Shown here: positions 28,401 to 40,300 of the stretch, one piece after another
Numbering within the stretch: position 1 is the stretch's first letter
Layout of the letters: each line of letters opens with the position of its first letter
IMG/VR virus record: IMGVR_UViG_3300043570_002257
Span: 56,227-120,226 of that record
DNA: 64,000 nucleotides
DNA from: a virus
Direction: 5' to 3' (one strand)
Translations under genes and position numbers: made by a program
The notes under the pieces: generated by a model
What the model saw: the letters and a program-made list of their open reading frames with translations, nothing else
What the model was told of the DNA's origin: nothing
Database searches by the model: none

Positions 28401-31385
28401 TCTATCATAGTATGACTGATTTACATCAAACTCAAACAGGTTATTAAACTCTGCCATAAGTTCTGCATACTTTGGATTAGTTTCTTTTACACTAGCTCTA
28501 AGCTTTTGAATCTCAATTTCAATCTCTTGAAGTCTATCAAAGTCGTGTTCTTCTAGTAACACTTCATTACCTTTACCTACTTGATATGTAATTACTTCAA
28601 TCTCCAAATACATTTCTTGTATTTGATTTCTGATTTCAAGAGGTATGTTTAATTGAAGTTCATAAAACTTTTCATTATAAGGAAGATGACAGTTTTCCAT
28701 CATCCACTTTATATAATCATTTTGTTCTTTATTCTTTTTTGCAATAGCATCTAATAAAGATTGTTTGTTTACTGCTTCTTCTGGAGTTTTAACACTTGTG
28801 TTATATACAGTTTTAGCAGTTTCAATATCTTTATTTAACTGTTTTATGTTTGCACTAAACTGTTTATATGTGTTTTCATAATCTTCACTAAATGGTCTAA
28901 GCATAAATAACTCACTTATCTCTTCTACTTCACCATTTTCTTTTGTTATAGTTGACCTTTTACGTTCAGATAATTTTGCATTTATATCTTCAACAGACAT
29001 TCTTTGCAAAAGCTTATCACGTTTTTGGTCAAACTTTAATGCAGCTAAATCATTTTGTAAGTTTAATCTTGCAATTCCTTCAGCATTTTTAAGCATCATT
29101 GTAAATGCTGATATTTCAATTCCACTATTTGATGCTGAAGCAATAAACTTGTCCAACATTAAATTTTGCATCCAACTGTTTGTGTTAAAAGCATTTGGTG
29201 AACCTAAATATAAATCACTAGTTGAGTCAGTAATACCATTAATGTATCTTTCTAATGATTCACGATCACCACTAAGTCCTCCATCTATAATGCTTTGTTT
29301 TGTAAGTATCTGTCTTTCAAGCTTTTCAAGTTCATGCATAAGTTCAGGACTTCCAGGTCCCATTCTTTCTGCAAGTTTTTGTTTATAATCCTTGCTCATA
29401 AAGCTTAATAAAGAAGATTTAATAGTTTGACCTATACCTAATGCTTTACCATTCTTCAAAGCATCATACTCTTTTTGTAAAATTAAAAGTTGTGCTTGAG
29501 TCGCTTCTTTTAAATCTTTGTTTACTTCTTCAAATACTTTATCTCCAATTGATTGTAATACTTTTACAGAATTAAACATTGCTGCTTTACCAAAGTTAGA
29601 TTGGATTCTTTCTTTATCAGCTTCAATACCAGATATAACTTTCATGATATTGCTATCAACTGTTATGTTATTTTCAGGATTGCTTCTTGCTTCATCAGTA
29701 ATTTCTTTTATAATATCAAGTACAACTGATAAAGACTTTGATTTTTTATATGCTTCAGATATCTGAGTTCCTTCTTTTGTTGTTAATGAGTTTCTATCTA
29801 ATTTAAAATTTGCAATTGACTCATCTGACAACGCTGCTAACTTTTGAAAGTCTGCTGCTGTTGCTTCAATAGCAAGGGCTAAATTCTTAGAAAATCTCAA
29901 GTTCTCAGAAGATACATTTTGAATTGTATTTAAGATTGCTCTAAAATCTTGTAAACTTTTTGTTCTAGCTTCAAGCATTTCTTGCAATCTTGGATTCTGT
30001 TTTTCTTCAGGTGCATTTTTTAATTCCTGAATTCTTTTATAAGTTTCATTAATTTCATTTTCAATAGCATTCTTCAATACTTTCTTTAATGCTTCATCAT
30101 CTTCTTTTCTAGGTTCAAACTCAAGAGTCTTTGCCTTTTTTGCAATCTTTTCTTCTTCTTCATTTTCTGTGGTTGGTATTTCATTATCAACTACAGATCT
30201 TAATTGTTTTAGATTAGCAGCATTCATTGTATCAATGTTCTGCCATTTAGCATCATCTCCTGGTACAGGAACTACAGCAGCATAACTGTAGTAGTTTTCT
30301 TCTTCAAATACATGAATTGTAGAACCTAAGTATTTCTTGTTGTCATCTGTTTGATACATCAAAGCAACAATTGATTTGTCTTTTACATCAATGTCAGACT
30401 GCATAAGAATATTTTCATAAACTTTAAGTTGTAAAGTCCATGTATCATATGCTGTTCTACTTTGTTTACCAAATGATGGAGATGTACCTTCTTTGTTTGA
30501 TATTGCAAATGACTTATGTGCTAAGTCAAGAAAAGCTAAATCTGGATTTGCTTGTGGTACTCCACCTGGAGGTGTTTCCATTAAACTCTTAACCTTTTTT
30601 GTTTTAAAGTCAAATATGTTTACACGTCCTTGACTATCAATTAATAACAAATCTAAACGTCCAAGTATCTTAGAACCTGTACGTGTAGTACCCATTACTG
30701 TAATCTCAGGTAATATTTTAAATCCTCTATCATTATATACAGAAATGTTCATGGCTAATTGTTTTGCCATTTCAAACATGTCTTTCTCATTTAGATTTTC
30801 TATAAAGAAAGGATTCTTCTTAGTATAGTTGTCATAAGTTTCTTTAAAGAAATCCTCATCTAGAATATTATGAATAGCACTATCTAGTTCTAAAGACTTT
30901 AACTGTGCAACCTCTAATACCTCATGCATAAATGTTCCAAACAACTTAAATGCCTCATACTCATGAGGATCTATTTCAGCACCTGTAAAATCTGCAGAAC
31001 CAATAAAGTTAGAAACACTGATAGTCTTAATAATAGGCATACCAGATTTTGCTAACTCAATATTCTTTCTAAGAAACTCTTGGTATGAATCATTCATTCC
31101 AATTAGTTTATCATAGGTAACTCTTTGTTTTGGATTAGCATCTAGTTTTTGCTTTTCCAAAGATGTTCTTTGCTGTATAGCTCTCTGTAATTTGAACTCA
31201 TCAGAAGATCTAGATACCTGCTCATCTTTTTCTTGAATCTTAAGCTTACTTAATATAGCTTCAGCTTGTTCAATTGAGGGCGTATTGTTACCATTTAATG
31301 TATAAGCTGTCATAGCCTGACCTTCACCTAGTTTTGCAACCAGTTCTTTCCACTCAGGACTATTTGGATTTGGACATGTATTCAT
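25476..31385 (-). CDS. Giant (1969 aa) virion cargo protein with N-terminal PD-(D/E)XK nuclease-like domain
   Basis: GTFMHEVLE, GRLDLLLID..., IFDFKT and LQLKVYENIL; long helical body; C-terminal hydrophobic segment; lies directly after the RNAP gene. Confidence 0.7.
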   Translation of the reverse strand: MNTCPNPNSPEWKELVAKLGEGQAMTAYTLNGNNTPSIEQAEAILSKLKIQEKDEQVSRSSDEFKLQRAIQQRTSLEKQKLDANPKQRVTYDKLIGMNDSYQEFLRKNIELAKSGMPIIKTISVSNFIGSADFTGAEIDPHEYEAFKLFGTFMHEVLEVAQLKSLELDSAIHNILDEDFFKETYDNYTKKNPFFIENLNEKDMFEMAKQLAMNISVYNDRGFKILPEITVMGTTRTGSKILGRLDLLLIDSQGRVNIFDFKTKKVKSLMETPPGGVPQANPDLAFLDLAHKSFAISNKEGTSPSFGKQSRTAYDTWTLQLKVYENILMQSDIDVKDKSIVALMYQTDDNKKYLGSTIHVFEEENYYSYAAVVPVPGDDAKWQNIDTMNAANLKQLRSVVDNEIPTTENEEEEKIAKKAKTLEFEPRKEDDEALKKVLKNAIENEINETYKRIQELKNAPEEKQNPRLQEMLEARTKSLQDFRAILNTIQNVSSENLRFSKNLALAIEATAADFQKLAALSDESIANFKLDRNSLTTKEGTQISEAYKKSKSLSVVLDIIKEITDEARSNPENNITVDSNIMKVISGIEADKERIQSNFGKAAMFNSVKVLQSIGDKVFEEVNKDLKEATQAQLLILQKEYDALKNGKALGIGQTIKSSLLSFMSKDYKQKLAERMGPGSPELMHELEKLERQILTKQSIIDGGLSGDRESLERYINGITDSTSDLYLGSPNAFNTNSWMQNLMLDKFIASASNSGIEISAFTMMLKNAEGIARLNLQNDLAALKFDQKRDKLLQRMSVEDINAKLSERKRSTITKENGEVEEISELFMLRPFSEDYENTYKQFSANIKQLNKDIETAKTVYNTSVKTPEEAVNKQSLLDAIAKKNKEQNDYIKWMMENCHLPYNEKFYELQLNIPLEIRNQIQEMYLEIEVITYQVGKGNEVLLEEHDFDRLQEIEIEIQKLRASVKETNPKYAELMAEFNNLFEFDVNQSYYDRMEFNARTKYETEFPEEWEKWKKRNTVTRPKSEWYEELAALYEARAELFGSDPEITDLMQQRRNILNPYKIGGRIKPQYLSQIEIDELSLLDAKIEDIITSKSKTAGRLSPEEKKRSSDITQSIKRIVALKLSDSYNDAFEVKVKSLYAHKNSIIEAENKLAVARTSGDKKAVEEAEEALIFEERQFGQQEVDFEKWYNMHHDNKYDSILTGYDIRNNRQPKNYNYEKMPAPAVEQEYMETVPHPKYKIKRLKETSKNPDFLKSPDGMPMPKAIQKNSDGHYVVDPAYQNSANVNPKYNELMKDEELFSFYNDTMKMFFNLQARIEGVKIGYMVPGYSASTIENLKGKGLKQAVSDEFEKFVDRNVRRVGAVDSVENIFGSHGSKIRHRFTTQLPENIQTQDAIGAVIKYATEAHYNIAMQEVAPQADMYIEHLELLAEQLQKKIAQDKPMIVKDEASGKDIEIDMRKRLAQLNNVIEILQFERKKFLYGQAETKEQISRALAKRMNAVFAYTSLIRIGFDVVNQTKNYVSGNVQAFIAAGGMDSDKYGRDDYMWAKKKVYGYNGFLHQYFGDWGRVSDVNKDTMLYRFFNPAQKDFIKYVSEVTGSKGRRIAGKLTNVQELGFMMQDKGDTEIAVTVMYAIMNHHKFKVIEKHDAEGNPVYQKDEQGNDVYVPVHEIYIKDKDGMLIRRKDVEYTQQDENRIKNTIYSEMRRAQGNYAKADQTKVEENIAGKMLFFFRKYLVPQLLNRFGYLRANWEGSEAAMGYWRALMLANKSFGSKEVAKHLLLGSTAMSKNTENKMGQFLTKKVGQARRDMIAMIILAVLGRMALMYVRKKDDEDEELGMLEGNAIRLLWGVKGETLAMWPVGAGGDEYIKNFTTATTYLRELQTVKKFASHALNYGVAMTINGGEEPDPAYDSEFYQEVWKDAFYGRKYGAYEKGDAKVGKDIIDLTGIKNIRNTINPNYIIDQMKGKQ

Positions 31386-31386
31386 A

Positions 31387-34300
31387 TTATAAGCACTTAA
31401 TTTTTTCTAAAATTTGTTCATTTGACATTACTGCTCTTAGATTAACAATTACACCTTGCGCAGCAGTTTTGAATTCTTCAATTGACATGCGTTTACTGCT
31501 TTCATTATAAAGAGCATTTACAACACTATCTGTAAGTTCTAAATTCTCCATATCTATTTCTAACTGAGATTTAGATACAGTTTGTTTTACTGTAGATTCT
31601 GGTAGCATTGCTACTGTTTCTTCAGACTTTTTAATTTCTGGTGCAATATACTCTAATTTTTTCTTACCTGAAACATAATCCATATAAGTTTTAGCTGCCT
31701 CTTTTGTAAAGCCAATTGAACTTAAACTGCCTGTTGTCAACTGATCTGGGATCAATGTATATTTTGCAGTATACCCTTGGTTTACATATTCACCTTTACC
31801 AACTATAGAGTTAATAACGCTTTTGCCAAAACTGTTATTTTCAATTTCACTGTCAACACCGTTTAACAAATACTTTTTAAAACCAACAGAGATTATTAAT
31901 GGGAAATTGTATTTGTTTGTAAACTTATCAAATGTGATAGATACCTTTTTACCAATCTCATCCATTGTTTCTTTTGTTGCTTCCTTTATGTCTTTTGGAA
32001 CATCCATGTTAAATATAATTTCTTCAACAGGTTTTTGATTTTCCTCAGATAATAATCTAAAAGTTTTAGCATTTTTAAGTTCTTGACCTGAGAATCTATT
32101 CAACACATTGTTTAAGATATTTCTTCTTGACGTTTCACTTTGTTCAGCATCAAAATTAAATGACTTCATTATGTTAGACATAAGACTTGAAGAAAACCCT
32201 GTTGCAATTTTAATATTTGAATTACCAACTTCTTTTGTTGCAGCATAAGCCATCTGTAAAAACAATTGATCAAAGAACTCATAAACATCTTTGTCAGTAG
32301 CTTCTTTACCAATAAGATCTTTTATAACGTCAATAAGTTTATTTTTATCTCCTTTTGTTTCTTCAAGTTTAGAAATAAAACTATCAATGTAGTTTGATAA
32401 AGGAATCATCATTCCTGGATCTAAATATTGTAAGAAAGAACCAGCTTTATATTGAAGACCTGTCTTTGCTAATTCATGATAAAATAGTTTTTTAGTAAAC
32501 ATGTTTTCATTTCTCAATAAGAAACTAGCATCATCAGAAATTTCATCAGATAAGTTTCCAGAGATTTTAGACTTGTTTATCATCTTAATACTTCTTTCAT
32601 TAACATATCCACCTGATGTTAAGAACGCTTTGTTTTCAGAAATATCTGGTCTTAAAAGTTGCAAGAACTTATTATTAGAATACTTCTTTTGAAATTCTTC
32701 TAATTGTTCAGGAAGTGTATTTGTAAACCAGTACTCAGGTGTAAACGTATCAACTAAATTCTTATCATCTTGTTCAATAAGAGCATCCATGCTTGTTCCT
32801 GTTTTTCTACTACCAGGCATGTTTTTCTGATATTGTTTTAATGCAACATAACTTGTAATAACTTTTGCAATGTTTGCTTTATCAACAAATACAGAATCAA
32901 ATGCTTTCTTAATTGGAGCAAAGAACTGAGTTCTTTCTAAAAATAACTTTGAAGCTTGTTCATTTAAATCTTCTAGTGCTTCAAATAATTCTGGCCAAAC
33001 TTGATTTTCATCAAATATTTTTTCTACAGATTCTGGTGTAAAAATACTTTCTTCACCACGTAGTGTTTTTATATTTTCAAAAAGTCTATCAAAGTTTGTA
33101 AAAGATGGATTTAGTTTTTTAAACAAATCAATCATTGAACCTGCTTTTCTTATACTATAAGTTTGGTTAGCTTGATCCTTATACAATTGTAATAAGATAA
33201 TCTTTTGTTCAGCATCAGTAAATTGTATTCTATTTGTTGTCTCTTCTAGATCAGTTGCTTTATCTGTAATATCAATCATAGCTGATACTTCAAAACCAAT
33301 TTCATCAGCACGTAATGTGTTCTCTAAAATAGATTTTGTATTCAACTTACCAGCTTTAAAATCTACTACTAACTTTTCTTTGTTAAGAATGATCTTATAA
33401 GGATTTGAAGATGGATCAATTAAACCAGCTTTAATTAAGTTTGATAATGCATCTTTGTTTGATGTAGCTATATCTTTAATTTGATTACCAATCTCTTTAC
33501 CAAGATATGTGTAACTTGTTGATAATGATTCTGTTATTGCATATTTACCTGCTTGTACTTCTTGTACAGCTTTTCTAATTTCTGGTATGAAGTTAAATGC
33601 AATTGCAAATTCAGGAGATAAACCTACACCTATCATTGCTAGAGTAATTCCAGTATTTACTTCATTCATCTGCAATACAGCAGGAATTGGTTTTTTTGCA
33701 CCATCTGCAAACATACCAAGTATGTTACCAACCACAGCAATTACACGTTCATTATCAGCATTTATTGTACCAAATTTGTTTAAATAAACTTGCTCAAGAT
33801 CTGCATTTTTAAAAGACCATATAACATTCTCAGACTTAAGTCCAAGTCCATATTGAGAAGCAAGAGCTACAAATTTGTTTGTATTAGCTGCAATACCAAT
33901 ACCATCTTTAAACATTGATGTATCAACCTTTGATGCAATAACAGCATCTGGTGTATACATATTATACATTGTAGAATACTCATCTAAGTTAAGACCAAAA
34001 TTATCAACAATTTGCTCAAATCTTTCTATTGAAGAACGTTCATTAACATAAAGATATTTATATACAACTTCATTAGACATGATGTCTAGTTTAGATTGCA
34101 AGTTTAAATTTTGAAATATTGGACGTACAGACAATGCATAGTTAGGATTTGCTTCAAATGCTTGTGCGCTTGCTGGCAATCCCATTTTACTAAACACATT
34201 TAGTATTGCAGTAGCTTTTAAGCCACCATCTATAAAACGATTTGCTCTACTTACTTGTCTGCCATACTCATTTTTTTGACCACGTTTTTCTACTAACTCT

Positions 34301-37300
34301 TCATTATATTCACCAACTTCTTTTCCTAGTGCACGTCTATCATCTAATGCACTTCTATCTGAAGGATTGATTTCATTTCTTTTAATTGCATCAACAAATT
34401 CTTCTCTTGCTTCATCTCTTATGTCCATTAATTCTTTAATGTCACTTTTGTTGCTTTCATAAGATTCTTTAAGCTCAGAAAAATTCATTGCACCATTAAA
34501 ATCAGACTCATCAAATCCAGAATGATAAAGAACATCTAAAACATTCTCACTAACATCATAAGAAGTTTCATTTAATAACTTTTTGATTTCCTTTTTAATC
34601 AAAGGTCTCATGTCTTGATCCTTACTCATGTACTGAACAAATTCAGCAAACTTGTTTAGATTAGTATTTTGACCACCTTCATATTCACCATATAATTTTG
34701 GATTACCTGATAAATCAAAATAGTGTGCAAATGTTTGGCTATATAAAGCATCAACGTCAAAGTCAGAACCTGCAAGTAAATGTACAAGATGAGGAAGTAT
34801 AATACCATTTAAGTTTGAACTATCCATAAAGTCCACTACTTTAATAGCAACCATTGAACGTTTATCTTCTGTAGGAATACGCACACCAAACATCTTTAAA
34901 AGATTTTTCATATAGAATGCTTCATGCTCTTTACTTTTAAATAAAGGTTTAGGCATAATTGCTTCTATAAAATAAGTCTTAACTCCTGTCTTTTTGTCTA
35001 TCTCTATACTAACTCCTAAAGGTCTTTCTTTTAATAAACCATATCCTTCAGGATTATTTTTATAATTTTCAGTAGAAACAACTTCATTATTTTCATCTGC
35101 AAGAACATTCATTCCCCAAGATGAAATATGTATACTTTTAGTTCCAGAACCTTTTTCATCTGTAACATGTTTAGAATACTGTGAAAAGAAATAGTACTCT
35201 AGCATATTACGTATACCTGGCAAGTTTGCACTATGAACAGGTTTACCAGAAGCATCAAGATCAAATAGTTTTAATGTTGCTGTATTAGCACCTTGTTCTT
35301 CTAAACTTGCACTTATAAGTTCAAAGATTTTACCAACTTGGAAATCTCCATCTTTACGTAATATTGTTTTTAATGTTGCAAGATTAGATTGACCAATTTT
35401 TTTAAGACTTGATTGATACTCTACAAGTGTTTCTGTAATCTTATTTAAAGCCTTCTCTTCGCTTGCAGACATCTTAATGCCCTTAGCTTTGATTAATTCA
35501 TTTAAGTTGATTACATCAGCTGCTATGAGCATTTTACTTTGTACAGAAAACTTAGCTTTATCTTTAACACCAGAGGTTTCTACTTGTAAAAACTTGTACT
35601 TGTTATCTATATCCATAGATGATAAAGCAAGATTCAAATAACCATCAGTCTCATTGATCTTTTCAGCTGCAGAAAAATAGTCTAAAGGTAATCGTGTAGC
35701 ATTTTTAGATGCTGTTGTATCCATTAATTGATCAATCTGATGATACTCCATAGAATTCAAAAGATCATGTAACACCTTACGATGTGGTAATGGTCTAAAG
35801 TATTCATGAATATCTTCAACAGTTTTCTTTATAACAGTATCTAGAGATTCAATTTGATTGATTTCTTTTGCCTTTACCAACTCTTGTCTTTCAGCACGCA
35901 ATGAATACAAGTTCATGTATAAACCATGTAAAGTATCTTGAGCTTGTGTCAAAGATTGATTACTTTTAGGAACAATTATACTTACATCAAGTCTATCAAT
36001 AAGATTTTCTGATTGTTTATGATAACTATTTCTTGAAGCTGTAATTGTTTTCTTAGGATTGTTTACAACCTTACCTGCTTCCATCATGCGTATTTCTGTT
36101 TCAGAAAGCGTGCGATAATGTTTAGCTATAAGAGAATATAAAATATCAGAACTTAGTCTACCCATTGAATCATGCATATCAATTTGATGCATTAAAGTAG
36201 TAATACTCTGACCATCAAATATATCACGCATGGTTTTTTTAGATCCAAACTCTGATAACAATTGTTCTTTTATTTCAGATGATTTTATTGTAGTGTCATT
36301 TATAATAGCTTGTTTAGAATAATATGGTCCATATTCTGGATGATTATCACTTATAAATCCTTTGATAGTATTTAAATATGCTACTCTATGATATCCTTCT
36401 TTCATTGTGCTACCTGCAGCAAGTAACTTTTTGTTACGCTTAAAGTAGTCAGTTGAATCTTTGATATTCATTGCAATATCACCATCAATTATTTCATTAA
36501 AATATAAAGCATTCATCCAGTTGTTAAAAAAGAAATCAGTAGCTAATCCTTCTAGATTTGCATTTTGAATTTTATCTTTTGAAGCACTGTATGTTTCTTC
36601 AGTAGGTTGATAAGCATTGCTTAGTAATGTTTCAGGTACATTGTTTACAACAATTTTTGTAGGTATAAATGCTGAATCATAGTATGTGATAGGTGCTTTA
36701 GGTTCTCCTGTTCTAGCATCTATCTCTAGTTTACCAGATGAATAATGTCTAACAATGGTTTTTTTAGTAAGAACTTTTAAATCAACTAAATTTTTAAGAT
36801 GCTTGTCTAATTGCGTTTGAGCATAGTTATTTAAAGAATTTAACAATGCTTCTTTTATAGCAGGGTCAAGTTCATTATATGTAACACCTTGCTTTGCAAA
36901 ATCAGCTAATCCATTTTTATCAACGTTAGATTCTATTTCAGGATTTTCTGTAAAGAAGTCTGCAAGTTTATTAAACTTATAAGCTCTTAAGTCTTTTAAT
37001 TCAGTATTAACTTTAGATTTATCTTCATTATCCAGAACACCATTATAGTTATTAAGAATTGGTGCTTGTTTACCTGAATCAAAATCTTTTTTATTTTGTT
37101 CAGATCTAGCCCATTCTTTTGCAATACGTTTGTATTCTTGTTTTATAACATCTTCAAATGTATCTACAATCTTAAGTCTTTTGTCAGAGTTTAATACTTT
37201 ACCTTTTGCATTTGCAAATGGTTTGTATAATCCAGTAACTAAATAGTTAGTTTGTGATGCTTCTAATTGGGAGAATGAACGTTGGTATGTTTGTATATTT

Positions 37301-40300
37301 GTAACAACATCTGAAACATTACCTTCAGAATCTGCTTCCTTTTTAAAACTAGAATGTGTAGTTCTTTTTATAAAAGCCAAATACTGTGTAATATATAATG
37401 ATTTTTTATCTATATTTTTAAAACTTTTACCATCTTTGATTTTAGTACCAACTGTTTGTGATACTCCACCAAATAAAGCAACATTAAGATTGTCTAATAA
37501 AAGTTTTGTTTCTCTTGCTCTAGGTGTATCTTTATTGTTAAGCAAATCAGTTAACGCAGCATTATCAAAAAAGAAGTCTTTTAAGAAATCTTTATAAAAA
37601 GGATCATCTTCTAATGTAGCAAGTAATCCTTTACTGCGTATTGATTGAAACAATAAAGTTACAGGAGTATTGCTTACATATCTGTAAATAGGTTTACCTT
37701 CTGCATTACGCACTGTTGGTAATATATTACTTAAATCATACTTTACAATATACTCAGATGCTTTTTTAATAATAGTATTAAAGCGATTTATAGATTTATC
37801 TTTACTGTTATTATTATCAAGTTCAACTGCAAAATCATTTGTAGAAATTCCTTGAACAATCTTGTCAAAAATATCATTGACACTAAAGAAGAAATCTCTT
37901 TCTAAATATTTCTTTTCAGATACAAATCTTGAATGAGCATCATAGTGTGATTTTGCTTTTCCTGTTACATTTAGATCTACTTTATTGTCAGTCTGGTCAA
38001 TTGCCATAATTGACATTCTTATTAATGACTTAGGAAACTTAAGACCAACATTATTGAATGCTTCATACAGTTCATTTGTTAATCTTTCAAGTTGTGTATT
38101 TTGTGTTGATACCTCTGTTAAAATAAAAGGACTAGTCATCTTTTTTGATAACTTAACTAATTCTTTTACTTGACTAAGATACTCTTTATTGTTTTTGTTT
38201 TCTTTGTATGTTTTTATAATTGAAGTAAGAAAGTCTTTTTTCTTATTATCAACATCTTGTTTAAACACTTGGTCAATAATTGTAAACCCAGTTGTACTAA
38301 GGTTTGTCTCATTGCTTTGAGGATCAATTTCTTCTACAACAGTTTTAGGTTTAATCATTACATAGTCAACTGCTGTTTTATGTAAAACATCAACAACCAT
38401 GTTATATAACTGTTTGTTTTTTGTTGGTACTCCATCACTCTCCATACCTGTCTCACGACTTAACTTGTTATATATAGCAAGTATGTCATTGCCCATTACA
38501 TAAAATCCATCTTCAATTTGCCCTTCACCTGTTATTTTAATATGTTCTATAATGTTTGAAGGTTCAATGTCTGCAGAAGTTTGTAATAAAGAACTAAATA
38601 TCTGTTCACCAGGAATCATTCTTGGAACTTTAATTCCTAATTGTGGATGTACTTGGTCATATCTTACAATAGTTAAATACTTTCTTATCATTCTTGGTAA
38701 TGACTCTGCATTTATTTCATTAAATGAAGAATCATAATCAACAGATTCAGAAGTCTCAGAATCTAGTTCTGCATCATCATCTGAAATAACATTTTCATTT
38801 GCTCCAGACATTTCTTTTTGCATGACATCATTGTCAGCAGATTTTTCATTACTATCTAGAATTGAGTTAATGCTATCAACTTTTTCTTTAACTAGATCTC
38901 TAAGCATTTCATAAGATACTTTTCCAAGACTATTGTCTTTTGGCTCTTCACCAGGTACAATAATCATATTCTTTGAACTTACTCTTCCATCATAAGCAGG
39001 ATTTCCAGTTGTGTTTATGTCAAACAACTTTTCACCATTAACCCTAGCACCCAACATGAATCTGTAGTTTGTATACAAAGGACCCATGGTAGAAAGAATT
39101 CTATCTTTAAGTCCAGGATCTGACGCAATCATTTTTGCGTTATCTGGCAATGCTAATAAAACATCAAGATTGTATTCATAGTCTAATACATATTTTGCAA
39201 TACGGTCAAACTTTGTTGTAAAACTTTCTTTTTGACCATCTTCTAACATGTATCCTGCAAGCATATTAACAAGTTGATCTTGGTCTGCTCTACTAAGTGT
39301 GCTTGTAGATTCACCCACCATACCTGTGCTTGTTGTAGATACTTGTCTAATACCATCAATTAACTTATATGCAAACTGACCTTCAAACATTCCTGAAGAT
39401 ATAACTTCATTTTTGTATTGGCCTGTTTTTATCTTGCCATAAACATTATCAATGTATGAGCTATTCTTTGAGAACATTTCCAAAAGCTTTTTCAATAGTG
39501 CCATTAACTGACCTATAATTCCTTTTGGTTTAGTGTTATTAAGCATGTAATTCTGAAACCCATCAGCAAGAATTTCTTCTGCTTTAAGTCGTTTCAATAC
39601 ATCTAATGTAAATGAATAGTTACGTTGACGTGCAAATTCCTTAAGAGCAGCTTCAGTAAATTGAGAAGCATTCTTTTTAACACCTGTTACAGCATCAATA
39701 AGATTATTTCTTTCTTCAGCATTAAGTAAATGTCTAAACACACCATGAAAAGCTTCATGATAAACTACACCTTTACCTTTAAGAGCATCATTTAAGTAGA
39801 TAACTTTATCTTTAAATGCACCTAAAACTGTACCATTAAATTGCATTAAAGAAATAAGTTCTTCTAGTGCTACATTATCAATTCCAAATTGTGGTAAATT
39901 TTGTCTCAACCATTCAACAGAACTAAGTCTTTCTTCATCTGTTTCAACAGTAACATTTGCATCTTCAGTTAAAGAAAATACTTCAATGTCTGGTAAATCT
40001 GATGACTCAATTTGTGTTACCTTTACATCTTCTTTTTCATGAATTTTTTCAGCAACTGTGATAGGAGCTAAAACTTGTTCTTGAACTATTGCAGGTGCAA
40101 TAGCTTTTGGTACAATTGTAAATCTTTTATAATCAGCTTCAACAATTTTCATGTTGAATGTATTTTTGTAGTATTTATCAGAGTTTTTAGTAAGTGAACT
40201 TTTAATTCTTGGTATCAACAATCCATCAGATGTAGTGTCAGCAACAATCCACTCAGGTCTAAATACACCATTTGTGGTAAAGTCTCTTTTTAAGTTATCC

